A stretch of DNA of 64,000 nt from a virus (Duplodnaviria; Caudoviricetes): IMG/VR virus record IMGVR_UViG_3300013121_000033, positions 32,001-96,000 of that record. One strand, given 5' to 3'. The notes under the pieces were generated by a model. That model worked only from the letters and a program-made list of their open reading frames with translations. It searched no databases and was not told where the DNA came from. The translations under genes and the position numbers were made by a program. Position 1 is the first letter of the stretch. The number at the start of each line of letters is the position of its first letter. Positions 1-8,853 of the stretch are shown in pieces.

Positions 1-2
1 CC

Positions 3-644
3 GTCGCGACGATCGGCCGCGAGACCGGACTGAACGCACGCCAGGTGCAGCGCTGGACCGCCTGGCTCGCCGACGAGGGCCTGCTCGAGGTCGAGCGCCA
101 GGCCGGCGGCGACGACCGGATCCGGGCCGACCGGCGCCCGAACCGGTACACGATCGTCCCGCTCCGCCGCGGGGTGACATCTACGACACCCCGTGCTGAG
201 GAGGCCCCCGAACGGGCCCCGGACACCACCGTTGACCCCGAGAACACGGGGCCCGCCGACGGGGTGACACCTACGACACCCGGCACCCCCGAACGGGGTG
301 ACATCAGCGTCACCCCGCCGCCGTCCACGGGGTGTCATCCACGGCACGACGGGGTGACACTGAAGGCGCCACGGGGTGACACTGACGCCACCCAAACCGT
401 CATTGAACCGAACTACGAACCGCGTGGAACAAGTCCTTCGACAACTTCCAGCCGCGCGGCCACCCCGCCGGCGAAGGACCAGGACCTCGATCAGCGGCCG
501 GTAGAGCGAACGCGGGCACGAGACCTCGTCCGACGAGCACGACGCACCATCACCGCCGCCGAGAGCGTCGCCCCGGTCGCCGCCCACCTCGAAGCCGACC
601 ACGCCCTCGCCGCCGAGCTTGGCCTGATCGGAAGCGACGCCTGA
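3..644 (+). CDS. Phage replication initiator with N-terminal helix-turn-helix (5' partial, runs off window)
   Basis: Frame is open from position 3: VATIGRETGLNARQVQRWTAWLADEGLLEV...NRY, an HTH_36-like motif. Internal iteron repeats follow, as in lambda O-type initiators. Confidence 0.7.
   Translation, partial: VATIGRETGLNARQVQRWTAWLADEGLLEVERQAGGDDRIRADRRPNRYTIVPLRRGVTSTTPRAEEAPERAPDTTVDPENTGPADGVTPTTPGTPERGDISVTPPPSTGCHPRHDGVTLKAPRGDTDATQTVIEPNYEPRGTSPSTTSSRAATPPAKDQDLDQRPVERTRARDLVRRARRTITAAESVAPVAAHLEADHALAAELGLIGSDA
170..395. repeat. Iteron-like repeats (CGGGGTG(A/T)CA, six copies), putative replication origin
   Basis: Copies start at 170, 260, 294, 328, 350 and 372; the last three are 22 bp apart. 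Copies at 170 and 294 are inverted repeats (CGGGGTG...CACCCCG). Confidence 0.7.
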
Positions 645-1015
645 TGGCGACCGAACGCTGCCCGGCCTGCTCGAAGTCGGTCCGCTGGGGCCAGTGCACC
701 GACCCCGAGTGCGGCTGGACCGCCGGCGAGACCACGACCCCGCTCGTGAAGGGCACCGTCGACCGCGGCTACCGCCACGCCCGCAAGCCGATCCAGCCGC
801 CACGCGAGCCACGCCCGACGGGCCCGCCGACCGAACGCGAGCGTGCCATCGGCCTCCCCTGGCTCCAGCGGTGCCGCCAGACCCTCGCCGAGCACACGCC
901 ACCCGACCCGACCGTCGCCGACCGCCTGGCGCAGGTCGTCCGCACCACCGCATCCCCGAAGGCACGCCAGGTCGCCCTCGAGGTCGCCGCCCAGCTCGAG
1001 GAGGCCCGGCCATGA
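644..1015 (+). CDS. Hypothetical protein with N-terminal CxxC...CxxxxC zinc ribbon
   Basis: TGATG overlap with the upstream gene; high-GC3 codon usage. Confidence 0.65.
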   Translation: MATERCPACSKSVRWGQCTDPECGWTAGETTTPLVKGTVDRGYRHARKPIQPPREPRPTGPPTERERAIGLPWLQRCRQTLAEHTPPDPTVADRLAQVVRTTASPKARQVALEVAAQLEEARP

Positions 1016-1200
1016 CCGTGTCGGTCGAGTGGCACCCGTCCCCGTACGGGACCGGTCACGACGTGCCCCGCTACCGGTGCTCGTGCGGCGAGCTCCACAA
1101 CGGCGCCCAGGCCGCCAACCAGTGCCGCCACCCGGCCATGCCGAAATCGCATGAGCCGGACCTGCCCCAACTCGCCCTCGACCTCGGAGAACCCGCATGA
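1012..1200 (+). CDS. Small hypothetical protein
   Basis: ATGA overlaps at both ends; GAGGAG upstream; MTVSVEWHPS... Confidence 0.6.
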   Translation: MTVSVEWHPSPYGTGHDVPRYRCSCGELHNGAQAANQCRHPAMPKSHEPDLPQLALDLGEPA

Positions 1201-1457
1201 CCCGAGCCCTCGCCTTCATCGCCGGCGTGGTCATCACCGCGGTGACGTTCCTGGCCGGCCTCGCCGCCCTGGCGCTGTTCGCTCTCGCCGACCGGGACCT
1301 CGACCTCGACCCGGAGCAGTGCCCGTCAGTGCTCCACCCGATCGGCGGCTACACGGGCCCGCCGGTGCGCTGCCAGGACTTCGCCGACCACGACGGCCAA
1401 CACCGCCACGACAACGGCGACGGCATCGAGACCACCTGGGAGGACACCAATGCCTGA
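1197..1457 (+). CDS. Hypothetical protein with N-terminal hydrophobic segment
   Basis: ATGA coupling; GGAG SD; transmembrane-like N-terminus. Confidence 0.6.
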   Translation: MTRALAFIAGVVITAVTFLAGLAALALFALADRDLDLDPEQCPSVLHPIGGYTGPPVRCQDFADHDGQHRHDNGDGIETTWEDTNA

Positions 1458-1746
1458 CCTCGACCAGGCCCTCGCCACCATCGCCGGCGACGCCGCATCC
1501 ATGCTCGTCGACCTCAACGCCGACCTCGAGCGCACCCGCCGCCAGCGCAACGACGCCCTCGACGCCCTGGCCGACATCGCCGGGATCGTCCTCGACACCG
1601 ACGGCACCGCCCTCACCGTCGCGGCCGAGTGCCTCGATCAGTTCGACCTGTGCACTGGCCGCTACCCGACCGACCCGAACGAGTGGTGCTCGGTCTGCGT
1701 CGCCGAGGTCGCCTGGTACGCCATCACCACGGCGGCGAGCTCGTGA
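1450..1746 (+). CDS. Hypothetical protein
   Basis: GGAGGA SD; overlaps both neighbours. Confidence 0.6.
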   Translation: MPDLDQALATIAGDAASMLVDLNADLERTRRQRNDALDALADIAGIVLDTDGTALTVAAECLDQFDLCTGRYPTDPNEWCSVCVAEVAWYAITTAASS

Positions 1747-2396
1747 AGGCCATCACCGTCCGCCAGCCGTGGGCGCAACTCATCGCCGAGGGCGTCAAGA
1801 CGATCGAGTGGCGCACCCGGCCAACCAGCTACCGCGGCCCCATCCTGATCCACGCCGCGAAGGCGAAGATGCGCGTCGGTCACCTAGTGCCGTGGTACGA
1901 GGCCGGGTTCTCGTGCGAGGCGAACATGGGAGCAGACGGCTACTGGGGCGACGTGCGCTACCAGTGGGCGACGTTCCCACTCGGCGCGGTGGTGGCCGTC
2001 GCCAACCTCACCGACTGCCTCCCTGTCGGGAGCTTCCACCACGGCGACTGGGACCGCCTCGACCCGAACCCGCCGACCCGTGACGTCGACTACATCAACA
2101 CGAACGTGGAGGCGATCGCCGAAGGGCTGTGCGAATCGCCTGACGCTTCGCCGCTCGCGATCCACCACACACGCGTCAGTGACAAGGGATCGGTGCACTG
2201 GTCCGAACCGATCCCCGACCAGGTCGCCTACTCCGGCGGCTACGCGGTCCGCGGGAACTTCGGCTACCTGCTCTCCGACGTGCGGCGACTCGGTCGGCCG
2301 GTCCCGGCGAAAGGCGCGCTCGGCCTGTGGACGGCACCCGACGATGTCGTCGCTGCGGTCGTCGAGCAGATCGGAGAGTTGCCGTGTACCGCGTAA
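1743..2396 (+). CDS. ASCH domain protein
   Basis: MKAITVRQPWAQLIAEGVKTIEWR...YRGPILIHAAK...PVPAKGALGLW is the ASCH signature; GTG start overlaps the upstream stop. Confidence 0.85.
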   Translation: MKAITVRQPWAQLIAEGVKTIEWRTRPTSYRGPILIHAAKAKMRVGHLVPWYEAGFSCEANMGADGYWGDVRYQWATFPLGAVVAVANLTDCLPVGSFHHGDWDRLDPNPPTRDVDYINTNVEAIAEGLCESPDASPLAIHHTRVSDKGSVHWSEPIPDQVAYSGGYAVRGNFGYLLSDVRRLGRPVPAKGALGLWTAPDDVVAAVVEQIGELPCTA

Positions 2397-2605
2397 CCGA
2401 AGCGGTCATCGACCGGGGAGCGGAATCGTTCCGTGGTGTCGCCGACATCCGCGACGACGAAACCAAGGCGCGGCGTGCCGCCGACCGGATGGCCCGTCGA
2501 CCCGGTCACGCCACCGCGGTTGCTGCGTACGTCGTGCTCGACACCGACGGCCGCGAGGTCTACCGGGCGGCGGTCGCCTGCTCCACTGTCACACCCTCTT
2601 CGTAG
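2384..2605 (+). CDS. Small hypothetical protein
   Basis: GGAG SD before GTG; fills the operon gap. Confidence 0.5.
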   Translation: MYRVTEAVIDRGAESFRGVADIRDDETKARRAADRMARRPGHATAVAAYVVLDTDGREVYRAAVACSTVTPSS

Positions 2606-2615
2606 GATCGGAACC

Positions 2616-4022
2616 ATGGCATCGACAACGACATCCGTTCTCCCTACTCGTGAACCGACGGGGCTGCCGTCGTGGCCGGTGATCCTCGTCGAGGGTCCAT
2701 CGAAGTCGGGGCGGACGTGGACAGCGTTGACGTTGTCGACGTCGCCGCGGGTTGGTCGGACGTTCGTGTTCGAGTTCGCCGACGCTGGCGGGTCGGGTGA
2801 CGAGTACGCGGCGCTCGGCCGGTACGAGCTTGTCGTCCTCGACGGCGGCTGGGATGACTTCATCGCGAAGCTCCAAGCGGCGGCGGACATGCCGACGGAG
2901 AACGGGCGCCCGAACGTCATCGTGATCGACTCGGTGACCGCGTTGTGGGATGACCTCAAGTGGTGGGCGGAGTCGAGGGCGCGGCGGTCGCGACGCGGTC
3001 AGGCCGCGCTCGCTGCGGACCCGGACGCTGCGGTCGAGGTGTCGACGAACTATTGGAACGACGCCAAGTCGCGGTGGGGGCTGATGCTCCACATCCTGAA
3101 CCAGTTCGAGGGGATCGCTGTCGTGATCGCCCGAGCCGACGAGGTGACCGCGTTCGAGAACGGGCAACCGGTTGAGGGCAAGACGGTCTACCGGGTCGAC
3201 GCCGAGAAGAGCCTCACGGCGAACGTCACTGCGGTGGTGCGGGTCACGCCGAACCATGATCGTCTCCTGATGGCGGCGCGGTCGTCGCTGCTTGTCGTGC
3301 CGCCGTCGGGGTTGACGTTGCCGCCGGAGGGGACGCTCGATTTCCTCGTGTTCGACCTGCTGCTCGGGGGTCGCCCCAAGTTCGCGAAGCCGCGGCGTCT
3401 CTCGACTCGGATGCTGTCGTCGAGCGAGGCGAAGCCGTTGATGCTTCGCCGGTTGGTCGAGGGGCACGGCATCGACAAGGACATCGCACGCGACGCGGCT
3501 CACACCGTGTGGGTTGCCCGCAACCCTCGGAACGCGGACATCTCCGAAGAGTCGTTGCCGGACCTGATCGCGGAAGCGGTCCGGGTCGCGACAGCGCCAC
3601 CCCCCGGCGAGGCTGCCCCGGTCGGGTTGACCGACGACGAGGTGGCCGCGGCACAGGCGATGACGGTCGTCCCGTACAAGCTGCCCGAGTGGGTCGAACT
3701 CATCCAGGAGGCCCGCGGCGGCGACGAGGTGGCCGTGGCGCAAGTCCGGTCGGTCCTTCATGGGAACCCGTTGGCTGACGCCACGGACGAGGGCGGCGAG
3801 GCTCCCGAGGCCGACCCCGTCCCGGAAGCGGTCGGGCCGTCAGGTGAAGAGGCTGATTCCCCCCGGGCCTACGAGGAAGCCGCCGACGATGAGCACGACG
3901 CCACCGAGGATGTCTCGGTGGGCGAGGCGCATGATCCCGGCGACGACGAGGACGACAGCGATCAACCACAGGATGAGTCCCATGACGAGCCCAGTACCCC
4001 GAAGCGACGCCGGGGACACTGA
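2616..4022 (+). CDS. P-loop ATPase (AAA_24/Sak4-like recombination ATPase) with acidic C-terminal tail
   Basis: Walker A-like EGPSKSGRT, Walker B VIVIDS, LMLHILNQFEGIAVVIAR. Confidence 0.7.
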   Translation: MASTTTSVLPTREPTGLPSWPVILVEGPSKSGRTWTALTLSTSPRVGRTFVFEFADAGGSGDEYAALGRYELVVLDGGWDDFIAKLQAAADMPTENGRPNVIVIDSVTALWDDLKWWAESRARRSRRGQAALAADPDAAVEVSTNYWNDAKSRWGLMLHILNQFEGIAVVIARADEVTAFENGQPVEGKTVYRVDAEKSLTANVTAVVRVTPNHDRLLMAARSSLLVVPPSGLTLPPEGTLDFLVFDLLLGGRPKFAKPRRLSTRMLSSSEAKPLMLRRLVEGHGIDKDIARDAAHTVWVARNPRNADISEESLPDLIAEAVRVATAPPPGEAAPVGLTDDEVAAAQAMTVVPYKLPEWVELIQEARGGDEVAVAQVRSVLHGNPLADATDEGGEAPEADPVPEAVGPSGEEADSPRAYEEAADDEHDATEDVSVGEAHDPGDDEDDSDQPQDESHDEPSTPKRRRGH

Positions 4023-4923
4023 CCCTCGCTGCACGGTCGAGGGTTGCGACCGGGTCCCGCTCGAACGTGGTCACTGCCGTGGACACTTGTGGAGCGTTCT
4101 TGGAGTCAGGACGGATGGGGTAAGGGTGTGCGAAGTGGCCGACTGCGGGCGGCCAACGAAGTCGAGAGGGCTGTGTAGCGGGCACCACTATCGGTGGCAG
4201 AGGTGGGGGCGGGTGGCTGCTGATGTTCCGATAGTTGGGCGCGCGTGTCGACGTCCTGGCACCTGGCGTGCCCCGGTGGCCGACCGGTTGCTCGGGTACA
4301 TCGAGCGGTTGCCGTCGGGGTGCGCGACGATCGTCGAGGGGTGTGGGGTCACTGAACGGCAGACGTTCTCGCTGTCGTCGACGACGGGCGTGACGTTTCG
4401 TCGAGCCGTGTACCTCGTGTTCGTCGGCGACATCCCCGGGGGCTACTCGGTTGTGGCGACGTGTAGCACCGTTGGGTGTGTCGCCGCCGAGCATCTGGAA
4501 GCCGTCTCCGCTTCCGAAGTGGCAGCGAGAAGCAACCGTGCCAGGGCGGGGTTGAACAGGAAGTGGCACGAGAGCACGACCACACGACGGCCGGAGCGGA
4601 TCAAGCTGACTGAGCTTGCCGTTGCTGAGGCCCGGTTGCGGGCGGCGGCGGGGGAAACGACCCGGTCGTTGGCCGCCGAGTTCGGAGTTGACGCTGCGAC
4701 GATGTCGTTGGCGTTGCGGGGTCGGACGTGGGCGCATGTCGATGTTCCACCGCTTGAGGCGAGGACGTCGTCGCGGAAACTGTCTGACCGTCAGGTGGCT
4801 GAGGTCGTGGAACGACGCGCAGCAGGTGAGGCATTGCGTTCGCTCGCGGTCGAGTACGGGGTGTCAGCCGGGACGATTTCCTCGTGGACCAAACAAGACG
4901 GTGTTGACGTGACAACAACGTGA
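3973..4923 (+). CDS. HNH-type endonuclease-like protein with zinc fingers and C-terminal HTH repeats
   Basis: CxVxxCxR..RGxCxxHY fingers; degenerate HNH core (CSTVGCVAAEHLEAVS..N); two 'RSLAxExGV' HTH repeats. Start uncertain (3973 or 3982). Confidence 0.65.
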   Translation: MSPMTSPVPRSDAGDTDPRCTVEGCDRVPLERGHCRGHLWSVLGVRTDGVRVCEVADCGRPTKSRGLCSGHHYRWQRWGRVAADVPIVGRACRRPGTWRAPVADRLLGYIERLPSGCATIVEGCGVTERQTFSLSSTTGVTFRRAVYLVFVGDIPGGYSVVATCSTVGCVAAEHLEAVSASEVAARSNRARAGLNRKWHESTTTRRPERIKLTELAVAEARLRAAAGETTRSLAAEFGVDAATMSLALRGRTWAHVDVPPLEARTSSRKLSDRQVAEVVERRAAGEALRSLAVEYGVSAGTISSWTKQDGVDVTTT

Positions 4924-4932
4924 CGGTAGGGT
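4904..4932 (+). promoter_or_regulatory. Sigma70-type promoter TTGACG-17-TAGGGT, leaderless to GTG at 4939
   Basis: Canonical spacing; shares GTTGACGTGAC(A/C)ACAAC with the sites at 14669 and 44528. Confidence 0.7.
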
Positions 4933-4938
4933 GGGGGC

Positions 4939-5079
4939 GTGGACAACGACCCCGTCACCGTGGTGATCTGCCCGGAGTGTGAGCGGTGGGAGTCCGTCTC
5001 GCACGAGCGTCCCACGATCGAGTTCGCCCGAGCGTTTCTCGCCGCCAAGGGGATCACCGACCCGGAAGGACAGCCGTGA
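4939..5079 (+). CDS. Small hypothetical protein (MDNDPVTVVICPEC...)
   Basis: Starts 7 nt after the -10 element; GTGA overlap with the next gene; below the ORF-track size cutoff. Confidence 0.55.
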   Translation: MDNDPVTVVICPECERWESVSHERPTIEFARAFLAAKGITDPEGQP

Positions 5080-5648
5080 CCGCTCACCCGTTGATCGACG
5101 CTTACCACGCCATCTATGACGCAATCGACGCGGCGGCGGGGAACGACGACATCGTATGGTCGGGGTTCGAGGCGATCCGCCATCTGTGCGACGTGATGAG
5201 GGAGAAAGGTGTCGAGGTGCCTCGCCGGTTCGCTGGTGAGGGGCGACCGAAGGCCGACGCGATGAACACTGTCGAGGCAGGGTTGGTACAGCTTGGGGAG
5301 GCGGCGAGGGCGGCGAGCACGGCTTTCCAGTTCGGCGACGACACTGTCTCCCCGACGGAGGTCGGCCAGCGTGTCCGGCTCACCAGTTGGGCCAAGGGTA
5401 CGGATGTGAAGTCGTACATGGTCGGCATGACTGGTGTCGTCGTCCGGTTCACCCGCGCTGGGAACCCGGTGATTCGTTTCGACGAGCCGAACTACAACAA
5501 CCCGGCGGCCGCCGAGGTGACGGACACCTACGGGTGTGCTCGACGCGTCGACGACAACGACCGGTTGGTCCGTCCCGTCATGACCGAGTGTTGCGCTGGA
5601 CGTATCCGTCGCGGTGACCGCTGCGACGCTTGTGGAAAGGTGGCGTGA
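5076..5648 (+). CDS. Hypothetical protein
   Basis: AAGGA SD, GTG start, C-terminal CxxC. Confidence 0.6.
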   Translation: MTAHPLIDAYHAIYDAIDAAAGNDDIVWSGFEAIRHLCDVMREKGVEVPRRFAGEGRPKADAMNTVEAGLVQLGEAARAASTAFQFGDDTVSPTEVGQRVRLTSWAKGTDVKSYMVGMTGVVVRFTRAGNPVIRFDEPNYNNPAAAEVTDTYGCARRVDDNDRLVRPVMTECCAGRIRRGDRCDACGKVA

Positions 5649-5651
5649 ACG

Positions 5652-5951
5652 ATGAGTCTCCCTGATCTGCCTGATGGCTTCGAGTACATGCAGGCTGCGG
5701 CTCGGGCGCGGGGGCAGGGGCAGCGGGCGAGGGTGCATGTTGCTCGGCCGGTGCCGCAGTGGCCGGATGACCGGTGGCCGCCGTTGGTGCCGTTGTGCCG
5801 GACCCGGTCACGGCTTTCGACCATCGGGGCCGACTGGCTTGTTCACAAGTCGATCGACGACTTGTGTCCTGGTTGCGAGAAGCGGATGCCGGACGAGTCG
5901 TGGCGTGACGCTGTCGACGCGATCGCCAACTATCGAGAGGGAGGCCAGTGA
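5652..5951 (+). CDS. Hypothetical protein
   Basis: Tightly packed operon. Confidence 0.55.
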   Translation: MSLPDLPDGFEYMQAAARARGQGQRARVHVARPVPQWPDDRWPPLVPLCRTRSRLSTIGADWLVHKSIDDLCPGCEKRMPDESWRDAVDAIANYREGGQ

Positions 5952-6163
5952 TGGCAGGGAAGTGGGAACGGATCAGCGACGAGGCCGAAGAGGTCGCGGG
6001 GACGTTGATGCCGGAGTTGATCGACGCGTGTGCGAACGCTACCGACTCGGACCGGGACGCGAAGGCGGAGGCACGCGAGGACGCGGAGCGGGTGTGGCGT
6101 GAGGCGTGGGTGACGCTCGCGAAGATCGGCAAGGTCGCCGGGTGGGAGCGTCCCGATGTCTGA
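5948..6163 (+). CDS. Hypothetical protein
   Basis: GGAGG SD; overlap coupling. Confidence 0.6.
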   Translation: MMAGKWERISDEAEEVAGTLMPELIDACANATDSDRDAKAEAREDAERVWREAWVTLAKIGKVAGWERPDV

Positions 6164-6602
6164 TCTCGTGACTCCGGCTGATCTTGCTCGTGCGTTGGCG
6201 GCGTTGTCTCATCCGGCGCGTCTAGCGGTTGCCCGTGCCGCGGACCTGTTGGGCGACGGGATCGTTCAGGGACCGAACCGGCATGCCCGGAACCCGTGGG
6301 AGCGGTTGGGTGGCCGTCAGGTTGATTCGAGGGAGTGGCGGTGGGGTCCTGAGGGGCGTGTGGCGGCGAGGTCGTGGGACCCGCGCCAGTGGGGTGACCG
6401 GTCGTTGCCGCCGTGGCGTGTCCGTCTCCACAGCGGGTTCGGGTTCGTCGAACTCGACTTCGACTCTGAGGGCGAGGCGTTGACCGCGGTTCGGGAGATG
6501 CTGGCGTTTCGTGCGCTCGGGGTGGGTGGTGGCCGGAACCGGTGGGCTGACAGCGACATTGTTGCTCTGGGCGACTGGTTGTCGGATCGGGGGTTGGCGT
6601 GA
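6156..6602 (+). CDS. Hypothetical protein
   Basis: Operon packing. Confidence 0.55.
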   Translation: MSDLVTPADLARALAALSHPARLAVARAADLLGDGIVQGPNRHARNPWERLGGRQVDSREWRWGPEGRVAARSWDPRQWGDRSLPPWRVRLHSGFGFVELDFDSEGEALTAVREMLAFRALGVGGGRNRWADSDIVALGDWLSDRGLA

Positions 6603-6949
6603 CGCGTCGTCGTCTCACTGCCTCGACGAAGCCGTTGACCGAACGGCAGATGTTCGTGCTCAACGCGCTGGTCGAGATCAACGCCGATAACCTCCGGCGC
6701 CGCGAGCGCGGCGAGCGCGTCCGCGACGGCGCGTACGCTTTCCAGGTCGCCGACCGGCTCGTGGAGGCCGAGTTACAGTCCGACGGCCGCGTCGTCCGCG
6801 GGTATGCGAACGGCGCAGCGAACACCCTCGCGTCGCTCGCCCGGCGTGGCCTCGTGTCCGGCAACGACACCGGCGGCGTGTTCGTCCAATGCTTGTGGTC
6901 GATCACCGACGCCGGACGCGCGGCTCTCACCGATCGGGGGTTGGCGTGA
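6585..6949 (+). repeat. 18-bp direct repeat GATCGGGGGTTGGCGTGA (6585-6602 and 6932-6949) flanking one gene
   Basis: Exact match; both proteins end in DRGLA*. Confidence 0.85.
6599..6949 (+). CDS. Winged-helix-like DNA-binding protein
   Basis: LTERQMFVL...TLASLARRGLV...WSITDAGRAAL. Confidence 0.55.
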   Translation: MTRRRLTASTKPLTERQMFVLNALVEINADNLRRRERGERVRDGAYAFQVADRLVEAELQSDGRVVRGYANGAANTLASLARRGLVSGNDTGGVFVQCLWSITDAGRAALTDRGLA

Positions 6950-7254
6950 AGCTGACGTGCACGATCGACAAGTTCGAGTTCACATCGGACGGCCGCTACG
7001 GCCAGTGGGTCGAAGTGTTCCGTGCGGACGGCTCGGGGTTGAATTACACGAAGCCACCGAACCCGAGCTATCCGTGTGGCGACTTCCGGTTCTATCCGTC
7101 GGAGCGGGTTGCGGACGAGGAGGGCGATTCGCCGTGCGCGATTGTTCATGTCCGGTTGTGGTGTCCGACGGTCGAGATCGTGTCGTTTCCGTGGGTGGAG
7201 TACAGCGGCTATGCCCGTGAGCTTGCTGCGGTGCCTGTGATGGAGCGCGGTTGA
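6946..7254 (+). CDS. Hypothetical protein
   Basis: GTGA overlap. Confidence 0.55.
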   Translation: MKLTCTIDKFEFTSDGRYGQWVEVFRADGSGLNYTKPPNPSYPCGDFRFYPSERVADEEGDSPCAIVHVRLWCPTVEIVSFPWVEYSGYARELAAVPVMERG

Positions 7255-7430
7255 TGACCAGCGACGAAGCCATCGGGAGGGCCATCGAGTTCTTCAACTA
7301 CGCCGAGGCGAGCTACCAGGCGGACGACGACGACTCTGTCACGATCGCGGCCGCTCAGATCGGTCATGGCTACGCGACTCTCGCGATCGCCCTTCAAGCT
7401 CAGGAGCGCGCTGATGTTGTCGGAGGTTGA
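7254..7430 (+). CDS. Small hypothetical protein (MTSDEAIGRAIEFFNY...)
   Basis: TGATG overlap; GGAG SD. Confidence 0.5.
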   Translation: MTSDEAIGRAIEFFNYAEASYQADDDDSVTIAAAQIGHGYATLAIALQAQERADVVGG

Positions 7431-7581
7431 TCGGTTGCGGTGGAACGCGGCGGTGGGGCGTGGTGATGTGGTGGAGATCGACGCGTTGAGGGACGAGTTG
7501 TTGACCGTGGTCCATACGGGGATCATGAACGACGACCCGGATTATCGGGTTGCTGGGTGGGTACCGCCGCCGGACCGCTGA
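7414..7581 (+). CDS. Small hypothetical protein
   Basis: AGGAG SD before ATG at 7414. Confidence 0.5.
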   Translation: MLSEVDRLRWNAAVGRGDVVEIDALRDELLTVVHTGIMNDDPDYRVAGWVPPPDR

Positions 7582-7736
7582 GGTTTCTACCCGGATTTCA
7601 TACCGGATTTCATACCAGCGAGCGGATCGGATGTCACGAGGCTGGCGAGACGCCGGTGACCTCGGTGAACGTGAAGGGCACGCTCGATTCGTCGGCAGCC
7701 ACATAGAAGCCTGACACGGTGATGATCGAGTCGTAG

Positions 7737-8822
7737 TCACTGAACATGGGAACCTCGGATCGGAACGTCGGCTTGCGGGTCGCCGTGGGCGAGGACTCGG
7801 GCGTAGTGGGTGCCGCAGAGGCCCTTGGTGCGGGCGGGGCGGCCGCACCCGTCGACGGTGCAGGTGTCGCCGTTCGCTGTCCAGGGCCGGAGCGGGATGT
7901 CGGCTTGGACGTCGCCGTGTTTCCGCCACCGGTTGTAGTGGCCGTTGCACCAGCCTCGGGTCTTGACGGGATGGGTGCAGCCGGGGACTGAGCATTCCGC
8001 GGGCTCGTGGACGGGTCGTTCACCGATCGGAGTGTGGGCCTGCGGGTCGCCGTGTGTCTGCACCCGGTTGTAGTGGGCGGTGCACCAGCCCTTCGCGAGG
8101 ACGGGCCGGTCGCATCCCTCGACTGCGCAGGTGCGTTCGGAGCGGGGCACAACGACGGCGTCACCGACGTGAGCGAACCCGACGTGCCGGTAAGTGCGCC
8201 CCTGGACCATCTTCTGTGCGGCGGGCCACGAGATTCCGAGCCGGTCCTTGATCTGTTGCATCGTGGCGCGCCCGTGGGTGTAGTCGAGCCGGGCCGCTAG
8301 CACGTCCTCGTCGGTCACCTTCCGGGCGTGCCGGGAGGTGGTGACGCTGGGGTCGAGGTACGGCTTCACATAGCGGGCGAGGGTGGCGTGCCCTACGTTC
8401 AGCGACGCGGCGACGTCGTTGATCGTCTCGCCTGCGTTGACCCTCGCCGCCGCCTCCTGCGCCACCTCGTCGGTCATGACCCGTCGAGGGTTGTGGCGTC
8501 CCATGCGGGACGTGTCGGCTGCGTTGTCGGCGTCGGTCCCGAGGGCCAGGTGCTCGTGATCGAAGCACGCTCGGTTGCCACAGACGACATGGCGGACAAG
8601 TAGCGGCCCGGGGTCCTCGTGCGCAGCAGTCCAAGCGACCCGGTGAGCCCGCAACCCCGCCCAGCCCGTCGACCCGTACCCGGCCTGGTCGATCCGATCC
8701 GGCCAGATCAGACAGTCGTGCGGCCCCGAGCGGACCGCACGCGGTGTCGCCTCGGCGATGATCGCTACCGCGATGCCCTTGTCGATCGGCCGTGTTTCGA
8801 ACTTTAGACCGGTGCGTACCAT
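7737..8822 (-). CDS. HNH homing endonuclease with HTH and three C-terminal zinc-finger repeats
   Basis: CLIW...GYG...RAHRVAW...VRHVVCGNRACFDHEHLALGTDADNAAD; own TATACT -10 element 6 nt before the ATG. Confidence 0.85.
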   Translation of the reverse strand: MVRTGLKFETRPIDKGIAVAIIAEATPRAVRSGPHDCLIWPDRIDQAGYGSTGWAGLRAHRVAWTAAHEDPGPLLVRHVVCGNRACFDHEHLALGTDADNAADTSRMGRHNPRRVMTDEVAQEAAARVNAGETINDVAASLNVGHATLARYVKPYLDPSVTTSRHARKVTDEDVLAARLDYTHGRATMQQIKDRLGISWPAAQKMVQGRTYRHVGFAHVGDAVVVPRSERTCAVEGCDRPVLAKGWCTAHYNRVQTHGDPQAHTPIGERPVHEPAECSVPGCTHPVKTRGWCNGHYNRWRKHGDVQADIPLRPWTANGDTCTVDGCGRPARTKGLCGTHYARVLAHGDPQADVPIRGSHVQ

Positions 8823-8853
8823 GCGGGCAGTATAACCCGCATCTCAGTAACCG

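Noticed and set aside
170-395. CRISPR array
   Set aside because: Repeats are short, degenerate, irregularly spaced and inside a CDS; no cas genes
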